The translations under genes were made by a program, and so were the position numbers. This document shows positions 1-10,501 of a stretch of DNA of 38,965 nt, piece after piece; the first letter of the stretch is position 1, and every line of letters starts with the position of its first letter. The stretch lies in the NCBI GenBank assembly GCA_900128585.1, contig LT642186.1:1-38965 (forward strand). Direction: 5' to 3'. The notes below the pieces were generated by a model. That model did not search any database. It was not told where the DNA came from and saw only the letters and a list, made by a program, of their open reading frames with translations. Source of the DNA: Stramenopiles sp. TOSAG23-3 (lineage: Eukaryota).

Positions 1-3000
1 AAGAAGCGTGAAAGATGGGAAAATGAGTGGAAAGCAGACGAAACCTTGTATTACGAGGCCCTTGCATTGTATATTGAAAATCTGGACCTGAAACTAAACG
101 GCCAAGCGGACGGATTAAGCGCGCCACTGTGGACCAACAGGTTTGCAAAAATATGGACACGACTACAGGAGTATCATTGGTCCAGTAGACCTGGAAGCGA
201 ACGGGAAACGTTAAACAAGGGTGAAGATGTAGTCGTTCAGCTAAGAAAAAATGAAACATTTTTTAAAGCAACAATTTCCAATCGTTACAATGACGGGACA
301 TACTTGGTAACATTTAGGACAGGAGATAAGAAGCATGTGCGAAGAGACCAGATTCAATTGGGGGACAAAGAGAAAGAAAAGAACAAAAAAAGTTCTCTAA
401 AGTTTGGAGATGGGGTGATTGTGCATTTAAAAGGATGGGAAAAGCCATACGAGGGATACATTGTGCGCATTAACACCGACGGAACGTATGATGTAAAGTT
501 CATGGATGGAAGCAAAGAGCAGTATCTAGAACGCGAGCAGATGAGAAAGAAACCCCATCCGATCCCGTACTATTATTTCCTTCCCGGCGCTTTAGTATCG
601 TCGGGGAAAGAGTTTGAAAATTACTTCACCCGGGAGGAACATGTCCTGGAGTACATAGTTTATCACAGTAGCCACTTTAAGGAAGCGGTGAACAACAGTC
701 GAAGGAGGGAAGTGAAAATCGAAGAATTAGAAAGTTTAATGCGTGAAAGGGACGCCGAAATCAGCCGTCTCCAGGAAACCATACAGACCAGGAATCATGA
801 TTTGAAAGTTGCGACAGAAGTAGAACGACTTTTGACACCATCCCAAAACAGGAGTAAAAAGTATCGCGCCGTTCGGCGTGTTTTCTCGCTATTAGATGTT
901 GATAATGACGGTGAACTGTCTTCGGGTGAAATTTTGTCTGGGTTAATGCATAACAAGGCTGTCATTGCGCTCGTCAACAAGGTGCCCGAGTTGCGCCCTT
1001 TGGCTTCCCCGGAAATATACAGAGATGCCTTTGAGACCATGGATGCCGACGGAGATGGTTCTGTGAGTTTAGAAGAATTTCTCGAGTTCCGCCAAAAATT
1101 GGATGACACACTATCGTTGTTTAAAGCTATTGATAAAAATGGCGACGGGTACTTGTCAAAGTCGGAACTGTTACATGGACTTAAGCGGCCAGAAGTCAAA
1201 AAGCTTTTATACCGCCAACCAGAACTGAAAGAGTTCACGAATTCTTCTACGTTTGAAACCGCATGGTTTGAATTGCACGTAAAGAAACCTAGTTTTGGCG
1301 TCTCCATGGGAGAGTTGCTATGTTTTGCTCGCAAGGTTGGTGTCGCCCGTCGCATTTTTGAACTAATGCCACGTGATGAAAAAGGTCGGATACTCAAGCG
1401 AGATTTTTTACACCGTGTAACAATGGACGATGTGCGGCTTCTCTTGCTGAAAGAGCAGGACTTGTCTTCGCTGGCAAATCCTGATGAAGTCGAGGTTGCT
1501 TTGTGGGATGTGAACGAAGGAAACCATATTGCTCTGGACGAGCTAATACGGTTTTCAAGAAAAACTGCAGGCCTCCGAGCCGTATTTGACCGTCTGGGAC
1601 CCGTTGACGGGCGAATAATTAGGCAAAAATTTATGGATACCCTGCAGGAAAAAAAAGGAAATGATGTTATTTTCCTGCTGAAGACTCACCCAGATCTCGC
1701 AGGCCTTCTAGATGGATCGTACAGGGAAAGCTTTTTGGTGTCTGCAAACCCTAACCATTTGAATACGGCTTCGTTCAGTGAGGTATTAATATTCACTAGA
1801 AAGCTAGGGCTTCTCCGATCTGTCATGGACTCAATATTACAGCTAGAGCAAGGGAAATCACAGCATGGAGCGGAAGTGAAAAATAATATGCAGGATTTTT
1901 CCACACGAGTTGGGGTCCATGCATTTATTAAAGCTGTGTCAAGTCGAAATAAAATCCGCCGTCTTTTGCAGCAAGAGCACAGTCTGAAACTTCTGCTAAA
2001 CCCAAGGGCGATCAAGAAACTCTTGATCATGGTGTCAGATGCGGAAGACCAAACCCTTGATGCGGATAAGCTGATGACGCTGAGCCATCAAATTCTGGTT
2101 TGCGTCAAAATATTTGAAAGCATTGATCCTAGCAACAATGGCTCTCTCTCTCTTCACGATATCAAGGCCTTCTACGGTGAATCTGAAACCAACAAGCAAA
2201 TGTTTCTTCAAGTGCCTCTATTTGCAGATTTAGATTGTTTCCTGCATGATCAAATGTCTTTTAAACCGTTTGATGTGGGGATCAAGGGCATGATTTCTGT
2301 TGAAGAGTTTATTTTGGGAGCGAAGCGATCTCACATATTATCCAATGCACTGGACGATGGCAATGGACGGGAAAGTGGTGCTCTTGACGACCAACCGATG
2401 GTTTCACAATTTCGGGTAGGTTTATCAATGTCGCCGCTGTCGCCCGCGTTCTTAGTGCTGCAATTGTCACAGGATTCCTACTTACTTGATTTCTTAAAAA
2501 ACTTGGAGCTTTGTGAAAAATCTATGGAAGCACACACGGCGTATGCCGGAGTTTACGAAAGTCCAAATCCCACGTTCAACACATTTAACAAAGCGTTGGA
2601 TGACATCGCGACAATTGGCCTGTGTTTAAACTATGTCACTAACACTCTCTTCCCAATGGTAGCAAAACAAGGCAAGGGGAATTGCAGTGGTGACAGGATA
2701 CCAAGCACTGAATTTTTGAGAGTCTTGAAGCATGATAACCAAGTGCGGGAAAATTTAACGATAGCCGCGCCAAAAGGTGTTTTACAGTACATGATAGAGA
2801 CAGAAGAGTTTAGGACAGATTTTTTGGAAATGAGCGATACCTACAGCCCCGATTTATTTTATTCCTTTGCAATAAAATACTGCGCAGAACGGTTTGAATA
2901 TAATAAAATGGCCGTCTCTCTGTTTTACAAGGCATCCCATAGTTCTACCGCTAAGAACAGATTCGATGATATGCTCAGGAAAGGAAGCAACTCCCTTCAA

Positions 3001-3306
3001 ATACCGGGAGAATTCACCACACGGACCATTCTCCGAGAAATTGAAAACCTGAGAGTGAAAGGGAACAAGGACTTGAACGCTCTGCAAAAATTCATAGACA
3101 CTGAAAAGAAAAAAATACGACGCTTACTAAACCGAGTGTTCTGCCGAGTGAATACTGTTGAAAAAGAATTTAATTTATTGTCCAGAGATGATTTTTTTGT
3201 ATGGGTTCGACCACCGAAGGAAAAAAAGGCATCGGGCACAACACCAAACGACGACGAAGAAAATGACCGAAATATCTCTTCATTGTCGCAAAATGAATTG
3301 GCGTGA
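1..3306 (+). CDS. 5'-truncated protein with two Tudor/Agenet-like repeats, a coiled coil and about 6 tandem EF-hand-pair modules
   Basis: Frame is open from base 1 (KKRERWENEWKADETL...); the track start at 46 is a TTG. Two repeats 'GEDVVV..FFKATI...DGTYLVTFRTG' and 'GDGVIV..YEGYIV...DGTYDVKFMDG' (about 211-546). Canonical EF loops DVDNDGELSSGE, DADGDGSVSLEE, DKNGDGYLSKSE, DPSNNGSLSLHD. Confidence 0.85.
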   Translation, partial: KKRERWENEWKADETLYYEALALYIENLDLKLNGQADGLSAPLWTNRFAKIWTRLQEYHWSSRPGSERETLNKGEDVVVQLRKNETFFKATISNRYNDGTYLVTFRTGDKKHVRRDQIQLGDKEKEKNKKSSLKFGDGVIVHLKGWEKPYEGYIVRINTDGTYDVKFMDGSKEQYLEREQMRKKPHPIPYYYFLPGALVSSGKEFENYFTREEHVLEYIVYHSSHFKEAVNNSRRREVKIEELESLMRERDAEISRLQETIQTRNHDLKVATEVERLLTPSQNRSKKYRAVRRVFSLLDVDNDGELSSGEILSGLMHNKAVIALVNKVPELRPLASPEIYRDAFETMDADGDGSVSLEEFLEFRQKLDDTLSLFKAIDKNGDGYLSKSELLHGLKRPEVKKLLYRQPELKEFTNSSTFETAWFELHVKKPSFGVSMGELLCFARKVGVARRIFELMPRDEKGRILKRDFLHRVTMDDVRLLLLKEQDLSSLANPDEVEVALWDVNEGNHIALDELIRFSRKTAGLRAVFDRLGPVDGRIIRQKFMDTLQEKKGNDVIFLLKTHPDLAGLLDGSYRESFLVSANPNHLNTASFSEVLIFTRKLGLLRSVMDSILQLEQGKSQHGAEVKNNMQDFSTRVGVHAFIKAVSSRNKIRRLLQQEHSLKLLLNPRAIKKLLIMVSDAEDQTLDADKLMTLSHQILVCVKIFESIDPSNNGSLSLHDIKAFYGESETNKQMFLQVPLFADLDCFLHDQMSFKPFDVGIKGMISVEEFILGAKRSHILSNALDDGNGRESGALDDQPMVSQFRVGLSMSPLSPAFLVLQLSQDSYLLDFLKNLELCEKSMEAHTAYAGVYESPNPTFNTFNKALDDIATIGLCLNYVTNTLFPMVAKQGKGNCSGDRIPSTEFLRVLKHDNQVRENLTIAAPKGVLQYMIETEEFRTDFLEMSDTYSPDLFYSFAIKYCAERFEYNKMAVSLFYKASHSSTAKNRFDDMLRKGSNSLQIPGEFTTRTILREIENLRVKGNKDLNALQKFIDTEKKKIRRLLNRVFCRVNTVEKEFNLLSRDDFFVWVRPPKEKKASGTTPNDDEENDRNISSLSQNELA

Positions 3307-4321
3307 CAAATCAATCCCTCGGGTATTTATTCACATAACTTTAGATACTGCTACTAATGAACAAAAAACATTTATTATTTGAGCAAATATGTCTTGTTTT
3401 TCCTTAATAAGCTAATAACTTACTAAAAACTGCTGGAGAAGAAATCCACATTATGAAGGAGGCTCAAGTCGCACACTGCACTCATCCTCAAAGTAACGGA
3501 CGAAAAAATCGATGGTGTGCCCTTGTGGAATAATAGGGCGTGTAGTCCAAAATTACTACTGGAGGACAAACTCATCATTTTGTCGTTTAACTTCCCTTTT
3601 TCGATCCCAGGCTTCAAAAGTCTGTCTTACAGAAGCTATAAAATCAAAATAAATTGTCGCCGTGTCTGCTATATTATTTAATACTATTTATATATATATA
3701 TTAAAGGGAAAATATCAACAATTTTTAATTATTTTTAGTCGATGTTCATTCTGTTACAATTTTTTTAATTCTATACAGTTTGTTCAATGCAAAAGTATTA
3801 ATCGTATTATCATATAATAATTACTGCTATAATAGAAAAACTGAACACTATTTACCTGTTTTAAAAAATATTGGTTTTTAATTATTTATTATGAGATAAT
3901 AAATTCGCTTTTCCAATGCTGTATACCAACTAATGGAACCTCGAAAAAAGAACAGCTATAAAAAAAATAAAAAAACGAAAACAAAAAACAAACACAGCAT
4001 TGAGTAAATTTAGCATCCTTCTTTCGTATCCTATTACTACGATAAGTATGAAATAAATATATAAAGCCTCTATCTAGCCTCTATCTATTATTCCTTTTCT
4101 TTTTTATTATATTATTCTATTTTTAGCACAGTTTATTTACTACTCCAACCTCACTTCTGTGATCTATCGAAAGGAAACATTAACATCGAGAACTAACAAT
4201 CAAAATGAATAGAGTTGAAAGAATAGGAATGAGAAGATAAAGAAGATCAAGTATTTACCTTTGGGAAAGTATATTTATATTTCTGTTCGTATAGAAATCC
4301 ATTTATAGAGATAGAGTCACA

Positions 4322-7300
4322 ATGGAGATTTCTAGAAACCTTTTCTCCTTCCTATTGGAGAAAGGAATTGTCATCCCGTCTCAAGGCAGGGTGAAAGGGA
4401 GTTTAGTTCGTGTGGACGAGAAAACTGCGACCGATATAGAATCTGGGGCGTTGCTGTCCGTTGTGCTTGGTCGCATGGGGCATGCAGATAAATTGCAACA
4501 GATCGACACGAAGGTAAACAGCCCGTTGATTAGACTGCAAAACTGGAACCTGTTAAGCCCCGTCCTTAAACGATATAATATAGAAATACAATCGGACCAA
4601 AAGTCCTTGCTGATAGCGGCCGATACAACTGCTTTGCTGAAGGTGCACGAAGACGTCATGGAGCGATTAAAGCGGCGGCAAGTGTCTGGAAAGGCCTCTA
4701 TCAACAACCAAAAAGCCACAATGAATCGCACTGAAAAAATGCGGTCGCCGAAAGCGGACCATAGGGAAATGAGCAAAGCACGAACCCACGGCCTGGGCAG
4801 CTTTGGGACCCTCCGGATAAAAGCCCCTGTAATAGAAGTAATAGAAAATGCACCTGGGCGGGCACTGGGTAAATGCGAGTCCCTGATAGAGGTCTTGCTT
4901 ACTAGCATGGTGCAGCAGTTGAACATTCGTCCGGCTCAAGCAGCTGCGCTGCTGACCACGAACAAGCGGTATTTAAGCCATATATTGATCCATGGCGTAA
5001 AGGGGTCCCACGACTCCGTAAGAAACTGGTTCGGCGTGCTCTTAGATTTTAACGACAACTTTACTACCATTATGCTGCAAGACATTAAAGGCGGCCAAAC
5101 GGCCTTGAGGCGCCGGCATGGCGTAGGTCAAGACCAGGGCTCAATCCTTGTCATCTCAACATTAACTGCTCTACAACCGGGCGTCCTGTCGCACGATACA
5201 CAAGTTGCGCAACGGGCGTGTCAACTTTTGGCGACCATTGGAAATGCATTGTCGCTAACGAAGCACGGGGGTTTGGCATGGGATTGGTTTACTAGTGAAG
5301 GGCCGGAAAGTGGTCTTTTATCCGCTATTTCGTGCTTGAAACGGCACTTAAATTCAAAAGAGTGGGTGTCATCATTCATTGATGCTTTCAGCCGTTCCAA
5401 AATGGGCGAATTGTTCAATACACACTTGCGAAGTGCTATGCCAAGCCCGCTGAGTTACATGTCTTTGATACATGACATTATAGGGCCGTTGGCAGCTAAT
5501 CGTGGCAGTAATGAAGCAATTGTGCAAGGGGGTGTAATCAACCAATTACTTTCGCTCGCAATTCGAAGTGCCGATCCCCAAATGTCGCCGGACCTCCGTG
5601 GCACTGCGCTAGCATTTGTCACAGATTTGTGGCTGTTGTTGCCGGAAGCTGTTGAAGTCGGAACACGAAAAGATTTGCCAAAGACGATACTGTCCCTTTT
5701 GAAGAAAGGGGCCCGAGATCCCTCGCTGTCTTTGCAAATTGGTGCACTAACATGCTTGTTCCATTTATTGGATGGCTTCAGTCATACAGAGCATTCCTAC
5801 GCGCCGTACATATACAAGACTCTCATTTTTGCCCTCATCGAAAATCATGCAAACGAAGTCGCCCGTGAATTTATTATAAGCAACATCATCTTCACGTTAG
5901 AAGCAATGCCCCATGTTCCCGTGGGCGTCATGGTGCCACCAATTGTGAAACAGGCCACTTTATACGGGTACAACAACCATGATTTTGACTTCTTCATAAC
6001 GCTGGCAAAGCACCCCAGGCTGACGCTACGCCATGGCCTTTTGCTGGTGGATTTGATTGGAAAAATTTGTTTGAACGACCCACTCTTTGGGCGAGTAGCT
6101 ACTGTTCCGTTTCTTATTTTGGCAAAGAAATTCGGCGAAGAGGATGCTATGCAGGAGTACATGGAGCGCTTTTGCAAGGTGGCACTTTCCATGTTCATGC
6201 ACATCGAATCAAAGCAAATATCTGATCAAGCAAAGTCTCCTAACCGCTCGAATCTAGATCCTGCGCATATAAGGCGGACGCTAATAATTGAAACACTCGC
6301 GAAACTAGTCAGTCTGAAGGGTGAAGAATTCAACAACAGGCTATTACCACTATTGAAAGTTGTAGACTCCCAATACGCAAAAATAAACGGGGGCCGAAGG
6401 CATCGAAATATTGCAGCACTGCGCCGCATGTGCGGGGGTGAAGAAGGCGTTGAAATAGTGCCCGAAAGCGAGGAATCGGATGCTCCCGCCGGGGGGAGCA
6501 TGGGAAGCAGTTCAATGCGTAAATCGTCGAGCCGCCTTGAAAGTGTGGAAGAGGCGTTTGACGAGTTCAGCGACGAAGAAGAAATGTTCAGCGATGAAGA
6601 TGAATTTTTTGATGACGAGCTCGACGAAGATGCAGAATACTTAGAAGCCACGCGAAGTGATGGCAGAGGACTGGACCATGCGCAGCACTTGTTTCAGCTC
6701 ATTGATCGGGACAACGATGGTTCAATTACGCGGCGGGAATTGCTACATGCTGCTACTATGGATGATGAATGCATGGCGCTGATGAGGGGTAACGCTCGTT
6801 TAAAGCATTTGATGGAGCCCAAGCATTTCGATGAGACTTTCAAGGCCCTGGACATGGACCACAATGGAAAAATAACGTTTCCAGAATTTAAGCAATTTTC
6901 GCTGCACCTGTACAAGCGGGCCGTTCGGAGAAAAATAAAGAAGCGGCGACTGGACAAGCAACGCAGGAAAGAGGATGCATCCCGCCCCTCATCGCGAGCA
7001 TCAAGTGTGTTTGATATTCTGGACGAGGAAGAAGGTGGAGACCTCTCTTCCCCGGAAGAATATGTATCCAGTGAGGAAGAGGAGGTTGAGGAAGAGAAGA
7101 AGGAGTCAAAGAAGCCACAGAAAGAAGACTTGAGTCGGGAAGAACGCAAAGCGCTTGCGTTGAAAAAAGCAGCTGCTAGAAAAAGTACAGTTCAGATTGG
7201 AAAGCGTACGGTAAAATTGAAGATAAAGAAGGCCGCAAAGTCTGTCCAAGGCGATATAGATGCTGCAAAAAAGCGCCTGGATGATTATCGGAAGAGGCAG

Positions 7301-9322
7301 GTTCTCAAGGAAGAGCGGAAGCGCTTGAAGGGGGCAGAGCAAAGGAAAAGAATGAGGAAAGAGTTCTTAATTCGTCAAGAGCACAGGCGCGCCGCTCGTA
7401 GAAAAGAGAAAGAGGAAAAGCAATTTGGTGTGAACACAACCACTGTTCTGTATGGTCGCACCACAAAACCAAGCTTGCACGAAGGGGACTTTGATACTAG
7501 GCAAAAGAATAGCTTGGTTGCGAACCTAAACTACGCCAAAGAGTTTAAACATGAAAGGGAGAATGAGCTGAAATGGCTCAGGCAGTCCAAAAAATTGTTT
7601 CGCTCGTGGCTGGTGCCATTGAAGCGTATTTTTCGAAACTATAGCAGAGACTTTATGCCACAACGCACAAATACAATAGACTTCGATGAGCTAATGAAAC
7701 TTCAGGCTGGCCTCACTATTTCGGACTGGATGATTTTTGTGACTGATTTTTCCTTAGTTCCTTGGCAAGTGACAAAGACGCAAGCGTTGGCAATTTTTCA
7801 TTATTCAAACGTGAATCTTGGTGCCGGATCGTCCGACCTTGGGGCGCGCAGAGGCTCTCAAATTATTACGTTCGACGAGTTTATCTCCTGCCTGCGAGGG
7901 ATCGCTATGGGGGAGGGCTTCCGTTCACTACCAACGAGCAAAGAGCGCATAGATGCTTTGGGGTCGTACATGCGCGCGAAGGCGTACAAAAGTGGTAGGA
8001 ACAATAAAGTCATGCAGAGGCGCATGGGAAATGCAAAATATTGGGAAAAGGCTGGCGTACCGAGGTGCTGTTACAAGTTTGAGGTACCCAGGACAATTGG
8101 GTTAAAAGAATCTTTTTGCATAGGGTTGGAGATGGTTGACCTCATTGTCGCAAATGCCATTCAACGCCATGTTTTGACTCTTGTCAAAAGAGAAATAACA
8201 CCAACAGATCCATCAACTCTGGAATCGGTGCCATGGGAAGCTACTACTGCATATGAACCGTTATCGGATGCCATGAAAAGCTTGATCGAGATACCCGAGT
8301 CTAAGAAGAAGTTGCAACCCGAGCACAATAAAACACCTAGTAAAGTAGGGTTTGGGGGAGGCTTTACGCCAACAAAGAAGGGCAAAAAAGCAAAAAAAGC
8401 CAGAATAACGCCGTTGAAGTACGGCGAATCGAGCGTTCGTAAATTGCCCCTGCATCAATTACGTGCAGCAAGGGCTAGTGTGGAAGTCATTATTCAATTG
8501 ATCAACGATGTTTGCAACGGAAGTGCCCAAAAACGCCTGCTTGAAGTGTATGAAAAACCTGCGAATACATTACAAGGATGGCTGCAAGCCAGCAAAAAGC
8601 CCAACATGGAGGGTAAATTCGCCAGGTTCAGAAAATCAAAAACTAAATTGTTTCGTCGGCGGGAACCTTCAAAGAACACTAATATTCCGTACGAATTCAG
8701 AAAACATCAAGACGAAGCGCGCAGGAAGAAAACGGAAGCCCGACGGAAAAAATTGCGGGACAAACGGCAACAAGAACTGAAAGAAATGCTGGAGGTGCAG
8801 CGAGAAGCATACGAACAAAAGGTCGCTACCCAAAAGGAGAAGAAGCGACTAAAGGCCCAAGCCCAGAAAGCGAAACAGCGGGAGGAGATGGAACGAGCGG
8901 CAGCCATGCTAAAAAAACAGAAAGCAGATGTCAAAAAGTGGTTAGCGGAAGGTGGGAAACGTGGTGGGGGCAAGCGACTGACGCACGAAGAAATGGTGCA
9001 TCAGGAAGAGCAAGAGTCGAAAAAAAAACGGGAAGCAGCGCTTGCAAAGGCCCGGCGCGAGAAATTTAAGAAGCAAAAGGCCGAAGACGCCGCCAAGGCT
9101 GCCGAAGCGGCTGAAAAGAAAAAAGCAGCAGATGAGGTAGCTGCGAAGGAAAAAGCAAAAGCTCTACAAGAGCAGAAAGCGAAGGAGCTTGAGGTAAAGC
9201 GAAAAGCGGAGGAAGAAAAGGCGGCAAAGGCAGCGGAAGAAAAGAACGCGGCTGCGGAGAAGACGGATGCACCCGCCGCAGAGAAAACGACGGATGAGCC
9301 CGCTGCGGAGAAGACTGAATAA
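4322..9322 (+). CDS. Large protein: N-terminal CH-like domain, ARM/HEAT-like helical region, EF-hand pair, acidic linkers, charged coiled-coil tail
   Basis: 1666-aa ATG-initiated ORF. 'RLQNWNLLSPVLKRYNIEI' resembles SPEF1/CH_2-type calponin-homology domains. EF loops DRDNDGSITRRE and DMDHNGKITFPE. K/E/A-rich C-terminus. Function unassigned. Confidence 0.85.
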   Translation: MEISRNLFSFLLEKGIVIPSQGRVKGSLVRVDEKTATDIESGALLSVVLGRMGHADKLQQIDTKVNSPLIRLQNWNLLSPVLKRYNIEIQSDQKSLLIAADTTALLKVHEDVMERLKRRQVSGKASINNQKATMNRTEKMRSPKADHREMSKARTHGLGSFGTLRIKAPVIEVIENAPGRALGKCESLIEVLLTSMVQQLNIRPAQAAALLTTNKRYLSHILIHGVKGSHDSVRNWFGVLLDFNDNFTTIMLQDIKGGQTALRRRHGVGQDQGSILVISTLTALQPGVLSHDTQVAQRACQLLATIGNALSLTKHGGLAWDWFTSEGPESGLLSAISCLKRHLNSKEWVSSFIDAFSRSKMGELFNTHLRSAMPSPLSYMSLIHDIIGPLAANRGSNEAIVQGGVINQLLSLAIRSADPQMSPDLRGTALAFVTDLWLLLPEAVEVGTRKDLPKTILSLLKKGARDPSLSLQIGALTCLFHLLDGFSHTEHSYAPYIYKTLIFALIENHANEVAREFIISNIIFTLEAMPHVPVGVMVPPIVKQATLYGYNNHDFDFFITLAKHPRLTLRHGLLLVDLIGKICLNDPLFGRVATVPFLILAKKFGEEDAMQEYMERFCKVALSMFMHIESKQISDQAKSPNRSNLDPAHIRRTLIIETLAKLVSLKGEEFNNRLLPLLKVVDSQYAKINGGRRHRNIAALRRMCGGEEGVEIVPESEESDAPAGGSMGSSSMRKSSSRLESVEEAFDEFSDEEEMFSDEDEFFDDELDEDAEYLEATRSDGRGLDHAQHLFQLIDRDNDGSITRRELLHAATMDDECMALMRGNARLKHLMEPKHFDETFKALDMDHNGKITFPEFKQFSLHLYKRAVRRKIKKRRLDKQRRKEDASRPSSRASSVFDILDEEEGGDLSSPEEYVSSEEEEVEEEKKESKKPQKEDLSREERKALALKKAAARKSTVQIGKRTVKLKIKKAAKSVQGDIDAAKKRLDDYRKRQVLKEERKRLKGAEQRKRMRKEFLIRQEHRRAARRKEKEEKQFGVNTTTVLYGRTTKPSLHEGDFDTRQKNSLVANLNYAKEFKHERENELKWLRQSKKLFRSWLVPLKRIFRNYSRDFMPQRTNTIDFDELMKLQAGLTISDWMIFVTDFSLVPWQVTKTQALAIFHYSNVNLGAGSSDLGARRGSQIITFDEFISCLRGIAMGEGFRSLPTSKERIDALGSYMRAKAYKSGRNNKVMQRRMGNAKYWEKAGVPRCCYKFEVPRTIGLKESFCIGLEMVDLIVANAIQRHVLTLVKREITPTDPSTLESVPWEATTAYEPLSDAMKSLIEIPESKKKLQPEHNKTPSKVGFGGGFTPTKKGKKAKKARITPLKYGESSVRKLPLHQLRAARASVEVIIQLINDVCNGSAQKRLLEVYEKPANTLQGWLQASKKPNMEGKFARFRKSKTKLFRRREPSKNTNIPYEFRKHQDEARRKKTEARRKKLRDKRQQELKEMLEVQREAYEQKVATQKEKKRLKAQAQKAKQREEMERAAAMLKKQKADVKKWLAEGGKRGGGKRLTHEEMVHQEEQESKKKREAALAKARREKFKKQKAEDAAKAAEAAEKKKAADEVAAKEKAKALQEQKAKELEVKRKAEEEKAAKAAEEKNAAAEKTDAPAAEKTTDEPAAEKTE

Positions 9323-9431
9323 AAATGAGACGGCCTTTAATTAACAATTAATCGGATGACGAAACATGTCTAAAGAAATCTTAATTCTTATTAAAATACA
9401 TTAATTCGTAGAAAAATAGCATGCGTTGGTC

Positions 9432-9746
9432 TTAGTAGTGAAAGTACCACGATTTCTCCAGCCTGTCAATGCCGAACCCTCCTATTATGCCTGATGCTGT
9501 TTCGCCTCTCTCGTTTCTGCAGGTTTTCTTTTCGACGTCGCAAACTGGATAATTCGCTGGGCAACAGTGAATGTGGTCGGAACAGCACGTGGCGCCGGGC
9601 GTAGGACAACACGTATAACTCCCGTGCCCGTTCGGGCAACAGGTTTCCTCGGCTTCGCAGGACGAACCATCCCCGCAATCGACCGCCATAGCGGCGCAAA
9701 AATATACAAATAGAACGGATACAGTAAGCAAAAACCTGTGAGTCAT
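9432..9746 (-). CDS. Secreted single-domain granulin
   Basis: Hydrophobic signal peptide (MTHRFLLTVSVLFVYFCAAMA) followed by the complete 12-Cys granulin pattern C-C-CC-CC-CC-CC-C-C (CCSDHIHCCPANYPVCD). Confidence 0.9.
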   Translation of the reverse strand: MTHRFLLTVSVLFVYFCAAMAVDCGDGSSCEAEETCCPNGHGSYTCCPTPGATCCSDHIHCCPANYPVCDVEKKTCRNERGETASGIIGGFGIDRLEKSWYFHY

Positions 9747-10501
9747 TGTTCTGAAAAGCTCTTACTTAAACGGGCACGAATTCGAGGCACACTCTCTGCG
9801 GCAGTACGGGGTACAACCAAATGACTCGGCAGTGCTAATAATGTTCGTTTGGTGGATAACACTTGAGCACAAAAGTTACTTACTCTCGCCGCTTCCCTTT
9901 TTTAACATTCTGAATTAATATGAATTAATATCGGTTTCGTTTACATTCACTCTAAAACCAAATATACCAATGGAAGGAAGGTGGAGGGAGGATGCGACGA
10001 AGCGAAGTGGAGGAGTCTTCCTCCTTGTTGTTGTCGCAATTTGAGCCGGCGAATAATAGGAAATGTCAACAACAGTATTCTTCATAATGTTATGTTTATG
10101 TTATATATTAGTATATAATCTCATGCCTATATAAGTGGCAATAAGTGTTCCTCCTTCCTATTCTAATATTATATTATAATTATTTTAACATATAACAACA
10201 ACAGCATCTAATAGAGCGACGACGGCGGTGGTGGTGGCCAACAAAAGAAGAAGTAGAATGAATATAATAACATTAATTAAAATAACGGTTATTATTATAA
10301 TTCATGTGTGAAAAGTAAACGTCTAACAAACAAAAAGAAACATTTTAAAGACACGAAGGAGAAAAAGAGAAAACATTGTTAAGCACGTTTCTATTGCTAC
10401 AGACCATTTAAAATATATTTAAATTTTGAACGCAAACGTTGTTTCATTGTATCGTTTCGATTAACCTACCTTTGAATTTCGCGTATATTTATTCTTGAAT
10501 T

